From Octopus vulgaris (lineage: Eukaryota), in contig OX597816.1 in assembly GCA_951406725.2 (NCBI GenBank), positions 37,448,001-37,512,000 on the forward strand: a stretch of DNA of 64,000 nt, given 5' to 3'. Positions 1 through 13,032 of the stretch are shown here, piece by piece. Under the pieces are notes generated by a model that was given only the letters and a program-made list of their open reading frames with translations, made no database searches and was not told the origin of the DNA. Every line of letters starts with the position of its first letter. Position 1 is the first letter of the stretch. The translations under genes and the position numbers were made by a program.

Positions 1-600
1 TCGAAAAGATTTATTCGTGAGAAGTGACAGCAAAGACGGACACACATTCAGTCAGCACGCGATTAGACTCAGTAAGTTTGTGAAGAACATATTGAACCAA
101 TTTGATGACTGTTTTCCGATTGCACACGAACAACTCCAAGCTTCTCTGCTAGTTCCTCAAAAGAGATTATGTGATTTGTTTTTCCACCACGGTTTGCAGG
201 ACGTCCACATCGAACTCTACAGATATTCCAGGGCGACGCTCGTCTTTTACGCTGTAGTTTACAGCTCGGAATTTCTGAAACCACCGCTTACACTAGCTTA
301 CGGTTATTGTCCGATCACCATACACCGTAATAATATCCCTCGCACTTTCCAATCAGGTATTACCTTTATTGAATTCGTAAAGCAAAATGTACCGAATGTG
401 ATACTTTGTCACTTGCAATATCGCATTGAAAACATAGCTGTTAGAATCGAACAGCACTCTTCAAAACTTGCACTAAAAATGAGCACATGGCAACATTACT
501 ACCTGATTTTATAGCAGGTTGATGCAGGTAGTTTATCCCGCCCCCCTCCGACTTGTATTTCCTGCAATTGAAAAAGCCGCATCATCTATGGAATGACCCT
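1..600 (-). mobile_element. Mariner-family DNA transposon, 5' part (decayed transposase HTH and left TIR), running off the window start
   Basis: Minus strand reads (with stops) HIRYILLYEFNKGN...VYGDRTI...RWFQKFR...DERRPG, the mariner N-terminal HTH. The end TAGGGTCATTCCATAGATGATGCGG abuts (TA)n. Confidence 0.8.
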
Positions 601-652
601 ATATATATATATATATATATATATACTTTATTTTAAGCAGCAGAAAATTCAA

Positions 653-702
653 CAAAATCTGTTACTCTGAGTTTCTCGTTGCCGTTCATCAGACAGTTTT
701 TG
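653..702 (-). ncRNA. Minimal type I hammerhead ribozyme (inverted copy)
   Basis: Reverse complement of 2201-2250. Confidence 0.75.
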
Positions 703-2200
703 CTAGAATGGAACCGATATATCAATTCAATCTATACTCTTACAAACGCTACAGGCTCATCGGAATACAAGACATACACAGGGGCTTCAGAAAATTCATT
801 TAAAACAAGATTTTATTCTCATAAAAATTCGTTTAAATACCCAGAGAATAGGAAGAAAACCAGCCTAGCAAAATATGTCTGGGAACTAAAAGAAAAGGAA
901 GCCCCACCTTTCAACGTGACATGGAGCATTCTGGACAGGGCGGCACCATACAGGCATGGAGCATGCAAAAATAATTTCAAGTGCAAGCTTTGTCTATTAG
1001 AAAAAATGTACATCTTATTCAAAGACAATAATTCTTTGAATCAAAGAAGTGAGCTAATGAACTTATGTAGGCACGCGGCTAAATTTAAAATGTCGAATAT
1101 AAATATACCATATGGATAGAGTATATATTTTGTATTTTTGATTTTTGATTTTGATTTTGACTCTTGAACGATGAGCGCTACGATGGATTTTGTTTCCAAG
1201 CTATGCGGATCTTAATCCGTATAGCAAAGTCTTATGTTTCTACATATATATTAGGAAAAACCTCCAACTTTGTTTTCATGTTATTGTATTGTATAGGATT
1301 ACCTTGATTATTTATATTACCTTGATTATTTATAAATGACCCAAAATAGGATGTTATATTTTATTTTATATGTCTTTCGTATATATTTTTATTAATGCAC
1401 CCATTTTTTTTTTAAAAAAGCAATGTTTTTTTTAAAAAAAGCAATGTTGTCAAAATTAGAATGTTGATATAAGTATGTGTATAGCAAAGCATATGTATTT
1501 GTAAGCATGCGTATCTGTGTATGTGTAAGTGAAAGTATGTTTGTGCTTAAGCACACATATACACGACTGTATGTATATGTATCCATTCAAACTTATGTAT
1601 GTATACTTGTCTCCATATATGCCAATAATGCCGTTACACTGCTTGTATACATATTTTTTTCTTGTTTCGTTTTTTTCCCTACACCTCCTTCGTTCCTTTT
1701 TCTCTCTCTCCCTTTCTTTCGTTCCCCCCTTACTCAGTATATGAGAATCGCTACATAGATCTTTTTTAACTTGCGTGCGAGATGGTTTTGCGTGAATATA
1801 TGTACACATGCTTTTATGTGTATATTTAGATTTATATTCATACGTCTGTATATGTATGGCGTTTGCGCGCATAATTTTGTGTATGTTGATATATATATGT
1901 AGATTTTAATATAAATATCTATTGCAGTGTAATATTTATAACAGGTTTAATTTCTATGCATTAATTTGCACTTTCTTCATTAACGTCAATATGTATTTTA
2001 TTCAATGTAAGGTTTTTTCCTCGGATTTTATAATTTTTATAAGTTTTTTTATATATATATACATATATTTTTGACCTTTTTGTTTATCGCTCGAAGATTG
2101 ACCGTTTTTTCTAAAGAGCCAATCAAACAAGTCCATTTCTTTTTAAAGGTGTAGCGTTTGTAAGAGTATAGATTGAATTGATATATCGGTTCCATTCTAG

Positions 2201-2250
2201 CAAAAACTGTCTGATGAACGGCAACGAGAAACTCAGAGTAACAGATTTTG
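2201..2250 (+). ncRNA. Minimal type I hammerhead ribozyme
   Basis: CAAAAACTGT-CTGATGA-ACGGCAACGA-GAAA-CTCAGAG-TA^-ACAGATTTTG. Stem I CTGT/ACAG extends with one bulge, stem III is quasi-palindromic, predicted cut after 2240. Confidence 0.8.
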
Positions 2251-4653
2251 TTGAATTTTCTGCTGCTTAAAATAAAGCATATTACTCTACCACTTGTATC
2301 TGAGTACTCTTTTTTCCACCTTGTTTCACATTTATGTGTTTACTCCGGTATATATATATATATATAATTGCATGTATGTATGTACCTATGTACGTTATAC
2401 ACACGCATACATGCATATATGTGTGTGTGTGTGTGTGTACGTTTGTATAACCTTGTATGCACGTCAGTGAAAATGAGCATTTTTTCTCTTATCAGCCAAT
2501 TATCATGATACCAGTGGTCAACAAGCACACTTTTGAGCGTATCTTTTATCAAACGTGTTTCGTCTCGTCCTTCTGTTTATTAAGGACTGATAAATGTGAT
2601 TCCCGATTTGAAACTTCTCGCGTGATATTTGTTTTGTAAATTTGAAATATGATTTCTTATTCTTTCACAAGGTGCGCCAAAGAGAAAGTCATTCGTATTA
2701 ATTAGAGAATGGAGAATTATTATATAAAATAATAATTTATCAAAGGGTTCTCGAAAACTCTTCTTAATCACGGCATAAAATGTTCTATTTTGCTATCAAC
2801 ATAATGTAATGGATGCAAGGGTTTGGAATGTTTAGTAATAAAATGATTGCATTTCTGCCATCTCATTATAAAAGAACACTTTCTCGTTATTTGCCATTTT
2901 AAATAACATAACAGCTCATTATTTCAGTCATCAGTGCAGATTCCATGCGTCAGCCTTATTCATATTAGAATAATAACCATGAAATCAAATCCGAAAATAT
3001 AAAGTTGCATACAAAGCCTTATGAACTACGAGGTGTTATCTTTTCAATTATGCATTTAATCGATAATAGCTAAAACAACTATAAACTTGTGCATGTTGAA
3101 TCATGATACGTGGCTCCGTTTCTTACCATTTCATGCGTTAAATCTACCAGTTGTCCTTTCTGCTAAAGAACTTCCGTATAAACTTGAAACTTGTAAGATT
3201 GATGACACTCAATCACATGTGACTGCTACAGCTACAAATTCACCACGTGAACTGTAACTTTACGAGCAATTACACATTCATTTTCGAAAATTTTAAGTTT
3301 GGTTTCACGACATGTAGCTGTATGCATACACACAATTTGTGCTATGTAGTTTTCATGTCACTAGATACAGCTAACACGCTAATTCTCCATTTTTAAATAA
3401 TTACTTTCACGAATATACACATTCCTTTGACTACAGTTAGTCTATGAAGCATAAAGATATAGTTAACTTTTATACTAAAATATGAGATATTCACTGGAGT
3501 CAGAACTATCGACAATCAACTATCCTACTACATGTAATTAAATGTAATTCCAACTACTTGTAATTAAAAATTTAATATAGTCCCAAACAAGCCATATTCC
3601 CAACAACTAATATTCGATGTATTTCTTTTAATGTCGACAGTAGTAATAGAAATATATATGTTGAAAAGATCTTGGTAGTGTTGGTATTTTTATTCATTGC
3701 TTTTATCAGGAAATTAATGTAGTTTACATATCATGAATTGATTGAGAAAGTATTTCCATTGGAGCATTTAATCTCACCATTGCAGATAAACGACACAACT
3801 GTCCAACGAACGGAATCTCCATTGTCTAATAAAATGAACTGAACTGCACCTCCACAATGGTACAATAAAGATTGAATGCTTGTAAAATAGAACTACGGAG
3901 GGCTAAGTATCTTTGACAGTTGAAACTACATTGTTGGATCCAATAAATAAACATTCATACTGGATTACAGTAACATAGTTCAATTCATGATCAAAATGCA
4001 CTTTTCAAGAAATATGATGTATGATTGATTATTGACTATAAGAATCCAAGTTCATATAAGGGAACTGAGTTATTGTAACGCTTCTGTTTGACGTGGATAT
4101 TAACGATTTCAGTAAATTGAAAATGTTTCGTCTGAAAATCGATAATATCTCGTTATCCGATAAGCTCAGTAAACAAAGGTAATGGTATAATGTTTACGGA
4201 ATTTTTGAAGAAAGTTCTTTATGCATATTTTTAGAATTAAGAAGTTGCATTTATAATAAGAAATATAACTAAACTATTAATATGTTTTATTTAGAGAATA
4301 GCTATTAAATATAGACCACGTACTGTTGCTTACAAGTATTTATTGCAAAATAAATATCAATGTCTGTATAAGTTTCCGCCGATACTTTTTTTAAAACTTA
4401 AAACAAAGAAGACAATTATTTAAGCATTATATATTATGAGATTTATCAACTTTGTTCATACTAGAATCATATAGGCCAGCAGTAAATAAACAGATTTATC
4501 CTATATTTGTTCTATATTGCCTCGCAAAGATATATATTTATATACATACCCACCATCTCTCATATATACCCACGCGCACCTTCGTTTTGGTATCACTACT
4601 ACTTTATTATCTCCCCTTCTTCCTAGCTTTCCTGTGTGACTCTTCTGTCCGGC

Positions 4654-4850
4654 ATTCGCCCTGATAGAGCGCTAGCCACTACACATTCTTTATTTTCTCT
4701 CCTTGTTTCTTTCTGTGTTCCTTTCTGTGGAAGATCGTAGGCTCGAAACGTTAAAGACTTTTTTCACTTCCCGAGTGTTATACTAATACATCTGTTTGTT
4801 GTCTACACCACCTGTCTTCGTCTTTTCTTTTTTGTTTTTTAATGATTTCT

Positions 4851-4915
<65 letters not shown>

Positions 4916-5310
4916 TATATACATATATATATACATATATACATATATGTGGAAGAGAGTAGGCTCGAAGCGTAAAAGACTTTTTTAAATTCCCGAGCGT
5001 TATACTAATACATCTGTTTGTTTTCTACACCACCTGTCTTCGTCTTTTGTTGTTGTTTTTTTCGTGAATACTTCCCATATATCACACGCTCACGTGGTCG
5101 CACCAGTTGATCCTGTCTCGAAAAAAACAAAAGACGAAGACGGGTGGTGTAGAAAACAAACAGATGTATTAGTATAACGCTCGGGAATTGAAAAACTCTT
5201 TTATGTTTCGAGCCTACGCTCTTCCACAGAAAGGAACACAGAAAAAAAACAAGGAGAGAAACATAGAAAGAAAAAAAATGTGTAGTGGCTACCGATCTAT
5301 CATGGCGAAT
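4654..5310. mobile_element. PLE pLTR-like module in three copies: + 4654-4853, + partial 4948-5080, inverted 5121-5310; each carries an HHR-like motif
   Basis: Shared sequence ...GAAGAGCGTAGGCTCGAAAC...TACTAATACATCTGTTTG...CACCTGTCTTCGTC. The first two copies are separated by (TA)n. Confidence 0.7.
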
Positions 5311-6492
5311 ATATAAAGCTGAAATGCGAAAAGTTTGTTTGTCTCATTTTGCGATTGGAACGGGTTAAGGGACACTAGATGGGGTCGGATTGGCTCCTGA
5401 ATTTACAGGGACATGTAAAAAGAGGCGAGGAAGTGAGTGGACTAGGTTAGAAACCCCTATCTCAAAATCTGTTGTTCCTAGGGTAACAAAACCCAAACTT
5501 TGACAAGTATTTGCCGTTTCTCACTTTCGTATATCACCCTGTCTTCTTCCGTCTCTCTCTTCCCTTCCTTCCCTCCACTGTCTCTATATAACGACGTTTG
5601 ACAGCTTCGCCGTCTCTCTGTCACTCTTTCACCCACCACCTCTCTCACTGTACGTCTAGTCTGTATCTATAAAGAGAAAGCGTTGACAGCCGCAAAAGTT
5701 TTAATATTCCCGCCACAGGTCTTTTAGAACAGTGAATTATTACCTTGATACAAATTGGATTTTTATGTGAAAAGGGGTCTAAATGGGACTGGGAGGGGGA
5801 ATAAAATTTACAGGAGGGAGTGTTTAGGAATTCTCTGTTACATCAAGCTAAAAAATTTGCGCCAGCCTTTAAATCGTCAATGTGTTGCCGTCCGTCATGA
5901 AGAGGTTTTGAATGCCTGCCATGATGAGTCTACTATCGTGAGATAAAGTCACTTCAAAACTTGGTGTTTAGGAATTTTCTTTTACATCAAGTTCAACATT
6001 TTGCGCCAGCCGTTAATCTGCCAGTACGTTGCTGTCCGTTGTTAAGAAGTTTTGAATGCCAGCCATGGTGAGTCTACTATCCTAAGAGTCTATCCCTTCA
6101 AACTTTGGTTTCTAATATTTTTTTTTTTTTTATTCAGCTCGCAAGTTCGTCTGTCCCTTTTCAATGTTAGTGTTTTGCTGTCCGCCTTGAAGCAGACTTT
6201 TCCGTTGTCACTGCCTGATATTTATGATTGATCTTTCAAAATATTTCCTTTCTCAACTTACTCAAGATCTTCAGTTTTTTATAAATGGGAGAGAGAGAGA
6301 GAGAGAAAGATAGTGACTAAGAGAAAGCGAGGGAGAGTTCGAGAGAAAGGAAGAGTAAGAGAGTGGGAAAGTGAAAGAGAAAGGAGAGAGAAACAAAGAA
6401 GGAGAATGTAGCGCTAAGAAACAGAAAGGAAGCAACAGAAAGTAACAACCACACCCTTACCCGCGCGTAAAGCGGTTCACCTTAAGCTTAAG

Positions 6493-6493
<1 letters not shown>
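5310..6493 (+). mobile_element. Probable non-autonomous Helitron-like element with an internal ~145-bp tandem duplication (5820-5962 / 5963-6108)
   Basis: The 5' ATATAAAGCTGAAATG...GTTTGTTTGTC resembles the Helitron start at 8912. There is a subterminal hairpin CCGC-GCGTAAA-GCGG near 6460-6476, but the 3' CTAG is imperfect. Confidence 0.45.
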
Positions 6494-6553
<60 letters not shown>

Positions 6554-6555
6554 AT

Positions 6556-6828
6556 GTGCCCTTTTCAAGCCTAGCCAGGCTCATGGGCCCGGTTTCCGGT
6601 TTCTATGGCGTATGTGTTCCCCAGCGTTACTCAAGAAACAGGAAGAAAGAGTGAGAGAAAGTTAGGGCGAAAGAGTACAACAGGGGTCACCACCAGACTC
6701 TGTCGGAGCCTTTTGGAGCTTTTGATGTTTTCGCTCAATAAACACACACAACACCCGGTCTGGGAATCGAAACCGCGATCCTCCGACCGCGAGTCCGCTG
6801 CCCTAACCACTGGGCCATTGCGCCTCCA
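6556..6828 (-). mobile_element. tRNA-derived SINE, family A
   Basis: Head TGGAGGCGCAATGGCCCAGTGGTTAGGGCAGCGG...GGTTTCGATTCCC has A/B-box-like motifs. Matches 13033-13355 and is embedded in (TA)n. Confidence 0.85.
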
Positions 6829-6831
6829 TAG

Positions 6832-7110
<279 letters not shown>

Positions 7111-7596
7111 TATGTAGAAATAAACATTCGTGGTATTGTACGATGAAATATATTAATAGTGATAGAAAAATTGATCTGAAATAATGGAGATATCTTTTCT
7201 TTGTTTATTTATATGCAGATATAAATATCTGGATTTTCCTAAAGAAATACAAGAATACTGCTTAAATCCTCTTATCTTTTTGTGTTGTTGTCCAGTGCTG
7301 GAGAGTCAATGTTTGTCTCTACTTAAGAAAAGAGTGATTACTTTTTATAGTTGATTGAGAGGCAGCTTGTCACTGACAGGTCATCAGAGGTCATGTGGCG
7401 AATGAAAAACTTATTCTCTACCAAAATTTTATGTTAAAGAATTTTCTATTAAAGGATTTTGGCGGTCCAGAAAAATATTTTCTTGCATTGTTACTTGTGT
7501 CCGTGCTTATGTGTATAGGCATGCAAAAGTGCGCGTGCGCGTCTGAACAGTGACCAGTGATGTTTATGTATAAATATCCAAACTCACACACGCGCA

Positions 7597-8004
7597 GGGA
7601 GAAGAAGAAGAGGAGGAGGAGGAGGGGTTGGTGGAGGAGAACAAGAAAAAAGAAAAAGGAGGAGAATGAGGCTGAGGAAGGCGAGGAGAATGAGGAGGAA
7701 GAGGAGGAGGAGGCGGACGACGACGAGGACGAGGATGATTAGGAGGGAGACGAGGAGGAGGAGGAGGAGAACAACAGCAACGAGAAAAAAGAACGAGGAG
7801 AAGACGACAAGGAGGAGGGGTGGAGAAGGAGTGGAGGAGGGGGTGGAGAAGGAGTGGAGGAGGGGGCGGAGGAGGAGGGGTGGAGGAGGAGGGGGCGGAG
7901 GAGGAGGGGTGGAGGAGGAGAAGAGGAGTGGTGGATGAGGGGCGGAAGAGGGGGAGGACGAAGAGGAGGAGGATGAGGAAAATGTGGAGGAGGGGGAGGA
8001 GGTG
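7597..8004 (+). repeat. Degenerate (GAG/GGA)n purine-rich low-complexity tract
   Basis: Almost entirely G/A trinucleotide repeats. Confidence 0.9.
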
Positions 8005-8716
8005 GTTTTTTAACCCTGACCACTAATGTATCCCTGAAACGGCCGTAGATGGAACATCCTCCTTTTTTTTCGGATCGTTTTTATTTACCGTTCTTCACCT
8101 TGATATTTTGTGTCACTTTTATCTCATATTTTAGATGTATCAGACATTTTGAAGATTGACATTTTTATTCATATATTTGTCGGCCTCTCATTCGCTTTGT
8201 GCCCCCTATATTTATCACGCATTACTTTTACATGTAATCCTTATCTATATGTGATTTTATATGAATTTTTATATATTTTTATATGTCTTTATATCTCTCC
8301 TATATTTTTATGCATGTTTGGTTTTATTATTTATACTCTTCGAGAATCGTAACGCCTATACACGCATGATTTATGTTGACGTGTATACATATGATTCAAT
8401 TACATTGATTGAATATCTTCATTTATGCGTTCGGGAATTTGGCTGATTGCCTAGGATTTGCGTTTTCATTTTCCTCTACTTTGTATAGCATATATATATC
8501 AGTTTATGAGAGGTAATGGTGTCATTGAGACCCCAAAGGTGTCAGGTAATGAGGAATAAGTGCTATAGATAGACCATAATTAAGTTCCAGATTCGGTGAA
8601 TATGCGAATAAGGGTTTCAACGTTGGTCATATGTCAGCGTGTGCATATAAAAAAAATTTTTTGTCGTAATGAGATAAAACACCAAGGGTGTGTAGATTTT
8701 AGAACATTTATGGATA

Positions 8717-8765
8717 GGTCTTACAGCTGTTTCCAGGATATTTATTACATCCTTTCATCGGAGTC
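8717..8765 (-). ncRNA. Hammerhead-like motif (CCGAUGA core variant)
   Basis: Minus: GACT-CCGATGA-AAGGATGTAATAAATATCCTG-GAAA-CAGCTG-TA^-AGAC. Stem II AGGATG/TATCCT, palindromic stem III, weak stem I. Confidence 0.55.
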
Positions 8766-8911
8766 GGTGTGAGGGGGTGGTTAAGAAATAGCTAATTTAG
8801 ATAAGATATAAAATACAGAGTGAGGTGGAGGAAAGAAAAGAAAATAGATGTGAGATATGTAGGGATGTTGTATTTGTAGATCCATTTTTTAGGCAGAATG
8901 GTATATATATA

Positions 8912-9419
8912 TCTATATATATAAAACTCTAGTTGTGTGAGTGTCTGTCCCCTTCGATTTAGATTCCTAACTCCTCCCACATTTTGCGGTGCAGTTTAAC
9001 CAAATTCGGGTATCTTATAGTCGTGATTCATATCGAGCCCGTCTGACTATTAGCGCGCGTCAACGATGAGTCTACGATTTTAAAAATAATTTAACATCAT
9101 TTTTTATTCCATTTTAATGCATAAAATGCATCGTATGTCGATGGCGGCGGAGTTGGCGTCCACGCTCACAGCTGCACCTGTGTTTGCTTCTCCCCCTTCC
9201 CTCCCTCGTGAAGCTGTGGGGAAGGGAGTGTAAAGAAATCAACGTCGTAATGCGTTGTGAAGGAAACCAGCGTTCTTTTAGAACAACGACGTCATGACTT
9301 GAAGACACCAAAACAAAAATGGCTAAGAAAGCCCGAATTTATAAGGGAAGTAACTCTCTAAAAATGCTTATATAGTTATTTCCCTTACAAACCCGAGCAA
9401 CGCCGGGCGATACTGCTAG
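8912..9419 (+). mobile_element. Non-autonomous Helitron
   Basis: Starts A|TCTATATATATAAAACTCTAGTTG and ends with hairpin CCCG-AGCAACGC-CGGG then CTAG|T. Inserted between A and T with no TSD. Confidence 0.85.
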
Positions 9420-10111
9420 TATATAAATATAATATTTCAATACCTTATGAGTAAAATGTAATAGTATTTAAAATTGGTCGTTCCAAGTTTAGAGTTTATA
9501 CACAGTGTTATTGAATCAAGGGTTTTATTTAAAGTGACCTAAAAATAGGGAGTGTATTAGTAGGGTCAAATCGAAAGTAGGAAGAGAGGAATAAAGAAAG
9601 AGACAAAGAAGAGAAAAAGAGAGAATAAGGAGAAGAAAGTAAGACGGAAAATAATAAAATAATAAAAAAATTAAAAAACAGGGAGAGAGGAATAAAGGAA
9701 AGAAAGAAAAAAGAAAAAAGAAAAACAAAGATATAGATAAGAGAAAGTGTACCAGTTAGTGGTCAGTGGAGATAATTTGAAAGTAGGAGTGGGAGATAAA
9801 GGGTGATAGAGAGAGAACGGTATTAGAGGGTAAAAAGGTAGATGGAATGGGGGTAATAAGAGGTAAAGGAGTGGCAAATGTGTACTGATAGAGTCTAAGT
9901 AATGGGGCAGAGAGAGGGTTAGTAGTAAAGAATAAATAATCTAGGAATTTAGATGGTTTGGCAGGTCAGTGCTTAGTAATATAAGAAAATATATATGTGA
10001 AGATGTATACATACATATATATATATTTATACAGATGTTTATACATATCAATATCCACACATACAACTCTTACTCGTATGTATATGCACACATGCGCACC
10101 CACATATATGT

Positions 10112-10282
10112 GTATCTGCGGCGAGTGCTTGATTATAATATGGTGCGTGATTATTGAAAATTTCTTCAGTGGAAGAGAGGTCGGATACGCGGGTTGAGAT
10201 GCCCTTGATTATGTTATCGAAAGTGGATTTGTGGTGACTGGAGTGGATGTTAAGGTATTTAAGATATCTGACCTCTCTTCCA
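10112..10282 (-). pseudogene. PLE (Naiad-like) RT C-terminal fragment
   Basis: Minus: LKYLNIHSSHHKSTFDNIIKGISTRVSDLSSTEEIFNNHAPYYNQALAA, which aligns with KYIHTSSNHPP...LSSNREIFNNHAQHYNQAL of ORF 61259-62851. Confidence 0.75.
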
Positions 10283-10639
10283 ATTCTGCTGAATTGACAC
10301 TTCGAAACCGATCTCTGTATTTTAGTAACTTTTTTTTAATAATTATAGTTAGCTTGGAAACCTAATTTCGAAATATGTTAGATATCTTGGATGTCCTTTG
10401 CTTATAAAGATGACCAATTCTCTCCACCTCTTTGGCCTGATGGTATTTCTTAAACAGCATCGCCAACTCTAGGCACCATTCAACACTGATAGAAGCAAAC
10501 ACTTTGATAAACATTTAAGAATACAAAGACCGAAAGGGAATGGTTAATGAATGCATATAACAGGATAGAAAGAAGAATTTAATAATACTGTCTGTATGAA
10601 TTTTAAAGTGAAATGATTCTTCCAAATTTTCGTACAAAG

Positions 10640-10832
10640 TCAGCAATTTTAAGGGGAAGGGTTTAGTCGACTATACCGACCCCAGAGTTAAATAATACTT
10701 ATTTTATCGATTCGAAAAGGATGAAAAGCCAAGTCAACCTCAGTGAAGTTTGAATTCATAGCATAAAGAACTAGATGGTAAGCCACTAAGCAGTTTGCCC
10801 GATGTGCTAACGATTTTTCAAGCTCATTACCT
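10640..10832 (-). mobile_element. Degraded SINE family D
   Basis: Resembles the reverse complement of 36180-36407 (TTTCATCCTTT.CG..TCGATAAAATAAGTA domain). Confidence 0.65.
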
Positions 10833-11469
10833 TTGCTTGCTTGTAAGAGAAATATGAATGAGTAAAGAGTGTACACGACTTTGATAGTACGAAGAATGTT
10901 TGAGACTAGGTTGAAAATTAGATTTAAAAATCACATGCAAAGTGTTTCGCGAAATTATCGATAAGAACATATGTGTAACTAACGGATAATACATTTATTT
11001 TTGAAGGTGTAGAGTTAAATACAGGCTCTGGCAAACTGAAAATCCTCAAAAAGTTTGATAACCAACCAATTTTCTTATCTCCTTTCAAATAAAGTAATTA
11101 TATTTTCTAAAAGTGGATGTTATTGGTGAACGGATACAATCTCCAAATTATAGAAGTTTTGATAAGATAATGAATATTGATAAATAATTAAATATTTATA
11201 ATATGTCTTCATTTTATTATATATATCTGCGTTGAAATATATAATATGTATATAATATAGTATTTGAACAATTTGAATGAAAAGACAGTATCTTATTAGA
11301 ATAAGATTTAAACTTTTTAGATATTCTTTTTCTGCTGAATTGTTAGATGGAATACCATCTCTGTATTTGAACAAGATTTAACCTCCCTTGATCATTTCTA
11401 ATCAGAATCATTTTAGGTACACAAACTTAAATCAAATTATGAATGTGTACTATTGATACTTTTATTATA

Positions 11470-12326
11470 TACAAAGTGTTTTTCCCGACAAAACTAATGC
11501 TGTATGAGCAAAATCCTTTCTGTGGGAGGTGATGCCACCCTTTCTGTGCATGAGAGAAAAGTTTTGCGCCAGTAGACCGCATCAGTTCTTGCATCAGTTC
11601 AGATGTGTAGTGTGCGCTCGTCGGATTTTCGTTGATGACTGAAAGCTTCGAGCAGAGATCATGAACCCATATCTGACCACCAGTGATAATGGTGTTCATG
11701 AAGTATGGATCATGGTTTGCACAGGCCAACATGTCCTGAGTGATTGCTTCTGCTGCTCCACCAGCACCTCGGGGCTGAATTTCGCCGACACTCTCCACGT
11801 GCACAAATCCTCCGTTAAAATGCACTGATTTTGTGCTTATTCCCATTTCGTAAGCAATTTCCTGGATTGTTACACGACAGTCTTCGCTGGACCTTCTGAA
11901 CCGGCTCCTCGTTTCTGCTTGTGGATCGCCTACCCGAGCGTGCCTCGCTTTCAACAAAGGTACATCAATGTTTGATGCAGTTGTACCACTCCTTAATCTG
12001 AGTTTTGCCCATGGCATCATCGTGAAAGGCTTCCTTAATCTTCTGGATTGTTGAAGCTTGAATATCACTAAGATTTTGACAAAACTTCATGCAATATCTC
12101 TGCTCGATGCGCTTGGTGAAAACGAGAATCAGACGAGAGCGCACTACATATCTGTACCCTAGGTGTAACAGGCGGGAACTCACACGGTCTACTGGTGCAA
12201 AAGTTTTCAAGCATGTGCAAGAATAGTGGCATCATCTCCCATCCGAAGGATTTTATCTACATGACTGTAGTTTTCGCAAAAGAAAATAAAGCCGGATGCT
12301 TTCCGAACGCACCTCCATATATTGAT
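11470..12326 (-). mobile_element. Decayed mariner transposon
   Basis: EQRYCMKFCQNL...TIQKIKEAFHDDAMGKTQIKEWY, RVTIQEIAYEMGIS and FMNTIITGG, split over frames. TIR-like GAGGTGCGTTCGGAAAG near 12306-12322. Confidence 0.8.
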
Positions 12327-13032
12327 GTACTCATATGTATACGCATATATATAATTATACATGTATGTATGCATGTATGTATATATGTATGTATCTGTGT
12401 GTGTGCGTGTGCGTGTGTGTGTGTAATGATGACAGGAAGACAATGGAGAATTATGGGTGTATAAATAATTTATTTGTATGATATAATGAGGGGGGAATAT
12501 TATTTAAGAAAGCAATACAAATATATTATAAAGCTCTAAAAGAAATGGAAGATGCCAAAAATCCACACATGTTTCGATTCATGGTTTTCATTGGTTTGGT
12601 AATAGATACAGTTCAGGAAATCTATGGATGGTGTAGCGTTCACATCATATTTAAAATCAGGTATAGATAAAAAAAAAAGTTTGAAAAATCGAACCGTTAT
12701 GATATATATCTTAAAAGCCTTACATGTGAACACTTAGTCGTCAATATATAAAGTCTATATATTCATATTTATGTATTTATACATTCGTATATATGTGTTT
12801 CTGTATGTGGGGTACTTCAATATATATGCGTACGTATTTACACATGTATTTACATATGCGTATATTCAAACAGAATATATATATATATTATCAGATAGGT
12901 TAAGTTGTTAGAGTTATGTTATGGAAAGTTTAATATCTAGAATTGATCAGTTAAGAGGTGAAATAAAAAGAGAAGTTAAACGAGGGTGTGAAGAGAAACA
13001 GAATAAAATATAATGAAGTAAAATGTAGTTGA

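Larger units (their letters stand above)
621..2282 (+). mobile_element. 5'-truncated Naiad-like Penelope element: GIY-YIG C-terminal part flanked by ~133-bp inverted repeats (621-753 / 2150-2282)
   Basis: ORF 679-1119 encodes TYTGASENSFKTRFYSHKNSF...TSLAKYVWELK...WSIL...CKLCLLEK...LNQRSE..CRH. 621-753 is the reverse complement of 2150-2282. Confidence 0.85.

Noticed and set aside
1148-1225. Possible SECIS after the Naiad-like ORF (ATGA...GA)
   Set aside because: No apical AA, poor helix II and no in-frame UGA at a Cys position.
7557-8026. Acidic, Arg-rich or Pro-rich ORFs
   Set aside because: Produced by a stop-poor (GAG)n low-complexity tract; no domain evidence.
8016-8050. Further HHR-like half motifs (also ~12565-12600, 15118-15252, 19424-19508, 24850-24915, 30633-30660, 40688-40705)
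   Set aside because: One core half is missing or mutated. Probably decayed pLTR ribozymes, but not supportable as features.
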